From positions 1-34,239 of the forward strand of contig JBOGIC010000268.1 in the NCBI GenBank assembly GCA_050744985.1: a stretch of 34,239 nt of DNA, in the 5' to 3' direction. The stretch is from Acidimicrobiales bacterium. GTDB lineage: Bacteria > Actinomycetota > Acidimicrobiia > Acidimicrobiales > AC-14. Shown piece after piece: positions 1-5,548 of this stretch; position 1 is the first letter of the stretch, and each line of letters begins with the position of its first letter. The notes beneath the pieces were generated by a model. It worked only from the letters and a program-made list of their open reading frames with translations. It ran no database searches and was not told the DNA's origin. Both the position numbers and the translations under genes were made by a program.

Positions 1-252
1 GCCGTTGATTGGCGCCTCCACGAGGACAACGTACGGCGGCTGCGGCAGCGGATCTTCAAGGCGGCGCAGGAAGGGGACCTGGCCAGGGTCAGGAACCTGC
101 AGAAGTTGATGCTGCGGAGCTGGAGCAACACGCTGCTCAGCGTGCGGCAGGTGACGCAGCGAAACGCTGGCCGCAAGACCGCTGGGGTCGACGGTGAGGT
201 CGTCATGACCTCATCGGGACGGGTGGAGCTGGCGGGGCGCTTGCACCGCCAC
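1..252 (+). pseudogene. Group II intron reverse transcriptase/maturase, N-terminal fragment (RT finger/palm region missing)
   Basis: Frame 1 reads AVDWRLHEDNVRRLRQRIFKAAQEGDLARVRNLQKLMLRSWSNTLLSVRQVTQRNAGRKTAGVDGEVVMTSSGRVELAGRLH, the typical N-terminus of bacterial intron-encoded proteins. The resemblance is lost after about 250 and the frame stops at 337..339 without RT motifs. Confidence 0.75.
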
Positions 253-337
253 GCCCCGCCCGGCACGCCAGACCGGCCGGGCAGAAGCCCAGCAATCAGC
301 TTCGGCATAAACCGACGTCGCCCTCCGAGGCTTGCTT

Positions 338-371
338 GAGCCGAGTGCGGCGAGAGTCGCACGCTCGGTTC
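338..371 (+). ncRNA. Group II intron domain V-like hairpin, copy 1
   Basis: GAGCCGAGTGCGGCGAGAGTCGCACGCTCGGTTC is 34 nt with an AGC triad at positions 2-4. It has a 9-bp lower helix, a 2-nt AC bulge, a 5-bp upper helix and a GAGA (GNRA) tetraloop. It differs from copy 2 by compensatory changes. Confidence 0.7.
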
Positions 372-408
372 TGAGGGGGCCCCGGTGCAGCAATGCGCCG
401 GGGCTACC

Positions 409-859
409 CGGCGCATCCGCATCCAGCGGCAGACCAAGAGGGGGTCGCACAAGCGCTTCGTCTACACCTGGCCGTCGGAAGAAGGCGCTCGCCTCCATCA
501 AGGCCAAGGCCAAGGCGATCACCCGCCCGGGAACGAACAACTCGCTCTCCCACCTCCTGCGCCAGCTCAACGGGGTGCTGCGAGGCTGGACCAACTACTT
601 CCGTCACGGCGTGTCCAAAGCGACCTTCGCCTACGTGCACCAGTTCAGCTGGCTGCGCGTGGTCGGCTGGCTCCGCCGCAAGCATCGCCGTGCCAACTGG
701 AGGTTCCTGCGACGGCGCTACCTGGCCAACGGGTGGTGGCCCGAGCATGACGGCATGGCGCTGTTCGATTGCCGAGCGGTTCCGGTGACCCGCTACCGCT
801 ACCGCGGGGCGGCGATCCCCACGCCATGGAGCGGGATGACGACCGAGGAGATTGCGTAG
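409..859 (+). pseudogene. Group II intron reverse transcriptase/maturase, C-terminal (thumb/X maturase) fragment with a 1-nt frameshift near 477
   Basis: Frame 3 reads RRIRIQRQTKRGSHKRFVYTWPS. Frame 2 then reads KKALASIKAKAKAITRPGTNNSLSHLLRQLNGVLRGWTNYFRHGVSKATFAYVHQFSWLRVVGWLRRKH..., with the RGWxNYF maturase signature. The stop is at 857..859, 18 nt before domain V copy 2. Confidence 0.8.
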
Positions 860-877
860 CCGAGAGGGACTCGTGGA

Positions 878-911
878 GAGCCGGATGCGGTGGAAGTCGC
901 ACGTCCGGTTC
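878..911 (+). ncRNA. Group II intron domain V, copy 2
   Basis: GAGCCGGATGCGGTGGAAGTCGCACGTCCGGTTC has the same 34-nt architecture as copy 1: AGC triad, AC bulge and a GGAA GNRA loop. It sits just downstream of the maturase stop, as expected for an intact intron 3' end. Confidence 0.8.
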
Positions 912-954
912 GGGGGACGGGCCAGGGAGACGTACCAGCCGAGAGGTTGGCACC

Positions 955-1546
955 GCGCCCTGGTCCGATCCCACCTCGCCAACCGGGCCATCGACGACGC
1001 TCGCCGGCGCACCCAGCTGGAGCTCACCGGCCACCGCGGCCGACGTGGTGACCCGCTCTACGACATCCGCAAGGTCCTGCTCACCGGGGCCGAGCGCCTC
1101 ACCGACCACTCCCGCGCTCGGCTCGACGCCGCGCTGGCGGCCGGGGATCCGAGAGACGACGTCGTCGGGACCTGGATCGACAGGAGCATGTCCGCGAGGT
1201 GTATGCCGTCGAGGATCACGCGGAGGCGACCAAGCTGCTCGACGCCGTCATCGACGAGTGCACGAGCTCGGAGCTCAAGGAGCTGCGCCGCCTCGGCGGC
1301 ACGCTCACGAAGTGGCGCTCCGAGATCCTCGCCCACCACAGCACCGGCGACAGCAACGGACCTACCGAGGCGATGGACCTGCTCATCAAGAACATCAAGC
1401 GGGTCGGCCGGGGATTCACCAACTTCGAGCACTACCGGCTGCGTCTGCTGGCCCACTGCGGTCTCGAATGGCAGACTCACCGAACCGCATCAATGCGAGG
1501 CCGCTCTCCCCACTTGGGTCGAGAACCGAGCCTCCGGTGGCCCTAG
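955..1546 (+). pseudogene. ISL3-family transposase, C-terminal remnant with a frameshift near 1170..1180
   Basis: The first frame reads HLANRAIDDARRRTQLELTGHRGRRGDPLYDIRKVLLTGAERLTDHSRARLDAALAAGDPRDDVVGTW. The second frame reads LDRQEHVREVYAVEDHAEATKLLDAVIDECTSSELKELRRLGGTLTKWRSEILAHHSTGDSNGPTEAMDLLIKNIKRVGRGFTNFEHYRLRLLAHCGLEWQTHR. The SNGPTEAxNxxIKxxKRxGxGFxNFxxYRxR block is characteristic of ISL3 transposases. Confidence 0.8.
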
Positions 1547-1636
1547 AAAGAACATGTGCCGTGGCATCTAAGGTGGCAGCGTGGCGCCACGACCGGCGGC
1601 GGTCGCATTCTGGCCATGCGTGACGGCCTTGATGGG

Positions 1637-1663
1637 TGAGAGGAGTGAGAGGAGCGAGAGCAG
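1637..1663 (+). repeat. Tandem 9-nt purine-rich repeat (TGAGAGGAG x2 plus degenerate CGAGAGCAG) in the leader of the ribosomal protection gene
   Basis: Read directly from the sequence. Each unit carries an SD-like GAGG/GGAG. The repeat ends about 52 nt upstream of the ATG at 1715. Confidence 0.6.
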
Positions 1664-1714
1664 CCGGTCGGCGAAGCCCGACTGAGCCTGCCACCTGTCA
1701 AGGAATGACGGTCG

Positions 1715-3718
1715 ATGGGAACGTTGAACCTAGGGATCTTGGCCCATGTGGACGCCGGGAAGACCAGCCTGACCGAGCGGTTGCTCTACCGCGCCGGAGT
1801 CATCGACGCCATCGGCAGCGTTGACCAGGGCAGTACCCAGACCGACTCCCTAGCGCTGGAACGACAGCGTGGCATCACAATCAAGTCGGCCGTCGTGTCG
1901 TTCTTCCTCGATGACGTCAAGGTGAATCTGATCGACACTCCCGGCCACCCCGATTTCATCGCCGAGGTGGAGCGCGTGCTCGACATCCTCGACGGTGCGG
2001 TCCTCGTGATTTCGGCGGTCGAGGGCGTGCAGTCGCAGACGCGTATCTTGATGCGTGTTCTGCAGCGCCTGCACATACCGACCCTTCTGTTCGTGAACAA
2101 GATTGATCGGCTTGGAGCGAGCTCGGATCGGGTTCTCCAGGACATCTCCGACAAGCTCACGCCGGCGATCATCGCGATGGGCACGACGACCGACTTGGGA
2201 ACGAGAGGCGCCCAGTTCGTCCTGTACGACGAAGGCAACCCTGCCTTCAGGGCGCGCATGGCCGGTGTGCTGGCCACTCGAGACGACGCGCTCCTCGCTG
2301 CGTACGTAGCCGACGAGGCGAGCATTTCGCCTACACAGCTTCGCGAGGCGCTCGCGGCACAGACCAAGCACGCCCTCGTGCACCCGGTGTTCTTCGGCTC
2401 GGCGATCCTGGGTGCGGGTGTCGACGACCTGACGACAGGCATCCGTCAGTGGCTACCTGCAGCCGAGCGCGACGCTGACGGACACGTGGCGGGCACCGTG
2501 TTCAAGGTCGAGCGTGGCCCCTCTCGGGAGAGAATCGCCTTCGTACGCATGTTCTCCGGCACTCTGCGCGTTCGCGACCGCATTCCCGTTCGGGACGGTG
2601 ACAAAGAGAAAATCACGGCCATCAGTGTCTTTGACAACGGCTCGGTCGTCGCAGCCGCGTCGGTCTCTGCCGGCCACATCGCGAAACTGTGGGGGTTGAG
2701 CGAGATCCAGGTTGGCGATGCCATCGGAGAGTTTCAAACGAGCGCGGAGCGACGCCACTTCGCTTCGCCAACGCTCGAGACGGTGATCGTGCCGCGGGAG
2801 GCCGCTCAGAAGAACGCTCTTCGCGCGGCGCTCGATCAGCTTTCCGAGCAAGATCCGCTCATCAACGTGCGGCAAGACGACGTCCGCCAGGAGATGTACC
2901 TGTCGCTGTACGGCGAGGTCCAACGAGAAGTCATTCAGGAGACTCTTGCGGGCGAGTTCGGCATCGAGGTCGAGTTCCGGGGGACGACGACGATCTGCAT
3001 CGAACGTCCGATCGGCACCGGGGCGGCGATCGAGACCCTCCCGGGCGGGCGTTCCTCAGCGCATCCTTTCCTCGCTGGGGTCGGCCTGCGCGTCGACCCC
3101 GCTCCGATCGGCTCCGGTGTCGAGCTCCGACTGGAGATCGAGCGGGGGTCACTACCGCATGCGTTCCTCAAAGCCGTCGAGGAGACCGTGCACGCGACGC
3201 TGCGGCAAGGTCTCTACGGGTGGGAGGTCACCGACTGCACGGTGACGATGACGCACTCAGGCTACTCGCCACGACAGAGCGCGTCCCATGGCACCTTCGA
3301 CAAGAACATGTCGAGCACGGCGGGGGACTTCCGCAATCTCACGCCGGTCGTCCTGATGGACGCGTTGAAGCAGAGTGGGACCTCGGTGCATGAGCCGGTC
3401 CTCTGTTACCGGCTCGAGATTCCGACGGAAACGCTCAGGGCGATGCTCCCCGTGCTCGCACGCTTGCAAGCCGTACCAGGGTCCACCTCTGTCGACGGAC
3501 CCTCGAGCACGCTCGAAGGAACCATCCCTGTCGCTCGCCTCCATGAGCTGCAGCAGCAGCTCCCCGAGCTCACGAGCGGTGAGGGTTTTCTTGAGTCTCG
3601 CTTCGACTCGTATCTGCCCGTCCAAGGGCCAGCCCCGAGTCGCCCCAGGACTAAGCCCGACCCGCTCAAGCGCAAGGAATATCTCCTCTACGTCGTCCGC
3701 CGAGAGTGGATGGACTGA
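1715..3718 (+). CDS. Tet(M)/Tet(O)/OtrA-family ribosomal protection protein (EF-G-like GTPase), 667 aa
   Basis: The N-terminus is MGTLNLGILAHVDAGKTSLTERLL. GTPase motifs G1 AHVDAGKT, G3 DTPGH and G4 NKID are present. A domain IV YSP...DFR loop region is present and the length matches the family. AAGGAA lies 9 nt upstream of the ATG. Confidence 0.85.
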   Translation: MGTLNLGILAHVDAGKTSLTERLLYRAGVIDAIGSVDQGSTQTDSLALERQRGITIKSAVVSFFLDDVKVNLIDTPGHPDFIAEVERVLDILDGAVLVISAVEGVQSQTRILMRVLQRLHIPTLLFVNKIDRLGASSDRVLQDISDKLTPAIIAMGTTTDLGTRGAQFVLYDEGNPAFRARMAGVLATRDDALLAAYVADEASISPTQLREALAAQTKHALVHPVFFGSAILGAGVDDLTTGIRQWLPAAERDADGHVAGTVFKVERGPSRERIAFVRMFSGTLRVRDRIPVRDGDKEKITAISVFDNGSVVAAASVSAGHIAKLWGLSEIQVGDAIGEFQTSAERRHFASPTLETVIVPREAAQKNALRAALDQLSEQDPLINVRQDDVRQEMYLSLYGEVQREVIQETLAGEFGIEVEFRGTTTICIERPIGTGAAIETLPGGRSSAHPFLAGVGLRVDPAPIGSGVELRLEIERGSLPHAFLKAVEETVHATLRQGLYGWEVTDCTVTMTHSGYSPRQSASHGTFDKNMSSTAGDFRNLTPVVLMDALKQSGTSVHEPVLCYRLEIPTETLRAMLPVLARLQAVPGSTSVDGPSSTLEGTIPVARLHELQQQLPELTSGEGFLESRFDSYLPVQGPAPSRPRTKPDPLKRKEYLLYVVRREWMD

Positions 3719-3748
3719 GGTCCAGCCACACCCGTCGGTTGTCGGGCC

Positions 3749-5542
3749 TTACGCAGTGCCCGCGGCATAGTCGGCGAGGGCGGGCGCAAAGTGGGCGACG
3801 CTGTCGTCGAGGCCACCCGGCCGGCTCCGACGCGCCCAGTCGGCCCGGTAGCGTTCCACAAGCCAGGCGAGGTCGGCATGAAGCTCAGCCGCGCTGACCG
3901 AAGCCGCTCCCACCTGAACGAGCAATCGAAGCGCACCGTGGCGCGCCAGCCTGGCGGCAGTGCGCAGCTCCTCGATCATCGTGCTCCCGTCCGACGACCG
4001 TGGGGACGCACCAGACAGATCGATCTCGACGGTTTCGAGCCGATCGAGCACGTCGCCCATCCGCGACGCGTCTAGCGCACCCACTGCGACGTTCGTCTGC
4101 TGAGGGAAAAGGGCGGAGTGAAGCGGGCTGCCATTCATCACGTACTGGCCAGTCTGCCGGCACAAACTGCCGAGTTCCACAAGTGCACGTCCGGCGGTTC
4201 CGGTGGGATCGTTCGTGACGAATCGGCTCACGACGTGGGCGAGGTCGAGCCGCTCATTCGCATCCGCGCACCATGACACGGCGCCGGCATAAGCGATAGG
4301 GGGGTAGCTCACCGAGAGCGGCTGATGATGGCCGCCGTCGCCCCAGTCGGTGAGGAGCAGCCCCCGTGCACCGAGCGTCCGCGCATTCTGTGCTGCGTCG
4401 AGGATGTTCTCCCGGGCGTTGTCGAGCCGGCCAACCAATGAGTTCCACGAAGACGTCCCAGGAGCCACCCAGAATGGGAAGTCGACCGCGGCGAATGGCG
4501 CCGCATTGATGGCGAAGCCTCGGTGAGCGTCCAGGTCGAACCCGAGACTGGCGAGCGTCGCTGCGACCGTCGCCGGGAGGGAGATGTCGCTTTCGCACGG
4601 CGACTCGTAGGTCCAGGCCACGGCGGTGATATCCCCGTTCGGCAGGTGGTCGACCAGGTGAGGGTGTGAACGGAGCATGTCACCCCAGAAGAGGATGCTG
4701 TAGCCCTCGTCCACGAGCGGCGCCATGATCCGGGCAACGTGCTCGACGTACACGAGCTCGGTGCCGACCCGAGCGGCGCGCGCCGCACTCACGCCGCGTC
4801 CAAGATCAAAGGTCTCGTCGCAACCGATGTTGATACGCCCGCTGCGGACGTGGCCGAGCTGTGCGCGGCACAGCTCGACGGCGAACGCGGCGTTCTCCGG
4901 TGTCGGAGCCAGCACGGACGGCGGCCGTTTCTTGCCAGCACCAACGTCGATGCCGTCGCGGCATTCGGCGCGACTGCGATAGGCGTCGTGCCGTAGCCAG
5001 CGTTCCATGTGCCCGAAGGTGTTCTGGTTGACGGCGAGCTCGATGCCCACGGCTGCGCAGCGGCGGTCGAGCCACTCGAGGTCACCACCGGACAGGCCCG
5101 ACGCGTCGCGCCACACTGCCTCGTGGCCCGGGTAGGCGAACGTATGCTCCACGTAGAGCTGAAGATGGTTGAACCGGGCGAGAGCGAGCACCTCCACCAG
5201 GCGGCCGAGCGTCTCCTGGGTCGGAACCCGGTCGCGGCTCACGTCGAGCATGTAGCCGCGAACGGCGATGTCGGGCCAGTCACGCAGGTGCAACGACGGC
5301 AGGGAACCGTCGCCGTCGCGCAGCTGCGCGACGGCCTGCTCACCGTACCGTCGCCCCGCCTCGTCGCCGGCGGCGAGCGTGGCGCGATCGGGGCTGACCT
5401 CGAGTTCGTAGCCCTGCTGCGGCAGTCCCCGGTCGTGTTTGTACACAAGCCGTACGCTCGAGCGAGCAGACCGATCGATGTGGACGAGGTGGCGGGGCTG
5501 AGGAAACAGCTCCGGAACGAGCCGGCTCACGCGGGGTGGCAT
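3749..5542 (-). CDS. Glycoside hydrolase family 20-like protein (putative beta-N-acetylhexosaminidase), 597 aa
   Basis: Motifs are RGYMLDVSRDRVPTQETLGRLVEVLALARFNHLQLYVEHTFAY and INIGCDETFDLG (catalytic D-E pair context). The start lies only 6 nt downstream of the PKS stop on the same strand. Confidence 0.7.
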   Translation of the reverse strand: MPPRVSRLVPELFPQPRHLVHIDRSARSSVRLVYKHDRGLPQQGYELEVSPDRATLAAGDEAGRRYGEQAVAQLRDGDGSLPSLHLRDWPDIAVRGYMLDVSRDRVPTQETLGRLVEVLALARFNHLQLYVEHTFAYPGHEAVWRDASGLSGGDLEWLDRRCAAVGIELAVNQNTFGHMERWLRHDAYRSRAECRDGIDVGAGKKRPPSVLAPTPENAAFAVELCRAQLGHVRSGRINIGCDETFDLGRGVSAARAARVGTELVYVEHVARIMAPLVDEGYSILFWGDMLRSHPHLVDHLPNGDITAVAWTYESPCESDISLPATVAATLASLGFDLDAHRGFAINAAPFAAVDFPFWVAPGTSSWNSLVGRLDNARENILDAAQNARTLGARGLLLTDWGDGGHHQPLSVSYPPIAYAGAVSWCADANERLDLAHVVSRFVTNDPTGTAGRALVELGSLCRQTGQYVMNGSPLHSALFPQQTNVAVGALDASRMGDVLDRLETVEIDLSGASPRSSDGSTMIEELRTAARLARHGALRLLVQVGAASVSAAELHADLAWLVERYRADWARRSRPGGLDDSVAHFAPALADYAAGTA

Positions 5543-5548
5543 TCCACG

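Larger units (their letters stand above)
1..960 (+). mobile_element. Degenerate group II intron 3' region(s), 5'-partial at window edge; apparently two intron 3' ends, nested or rearranged
   Basis: Contains intron-encoded-protein N- and C-terminal fragments plus two domain V hairpins (338..371 and 878..911). The right boundary is approximate; ISL3-like coding sequence resumes at about 955-965. Confidence 0.75.

Noticed and set aside
852-1571. 239-aa ORF reading from the intron region into the transposase
   Set aside because: It is a chimeric read-through. Its first part translates domain V/VI RNA (ESRMRWKSHVRFGGRARET). The middle is an ISL3 fragment and the end is out of frame after the 1170..1180 frameshift. 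It is not a real protein.
1636-1824. 62-aa ORF overlapping the start of the ribosomal protection gene as a possible leader peptide
   Set aside because: It runs across the real start codon in another frame. It is Arg-rich and has no SD.
3719-3748. Terminator hairpin between the convergent ribosomal protection and GH20 genes
   Set aside because: Only a 4-bp CCCG/CGGG pairing is present, which is too weak to call.
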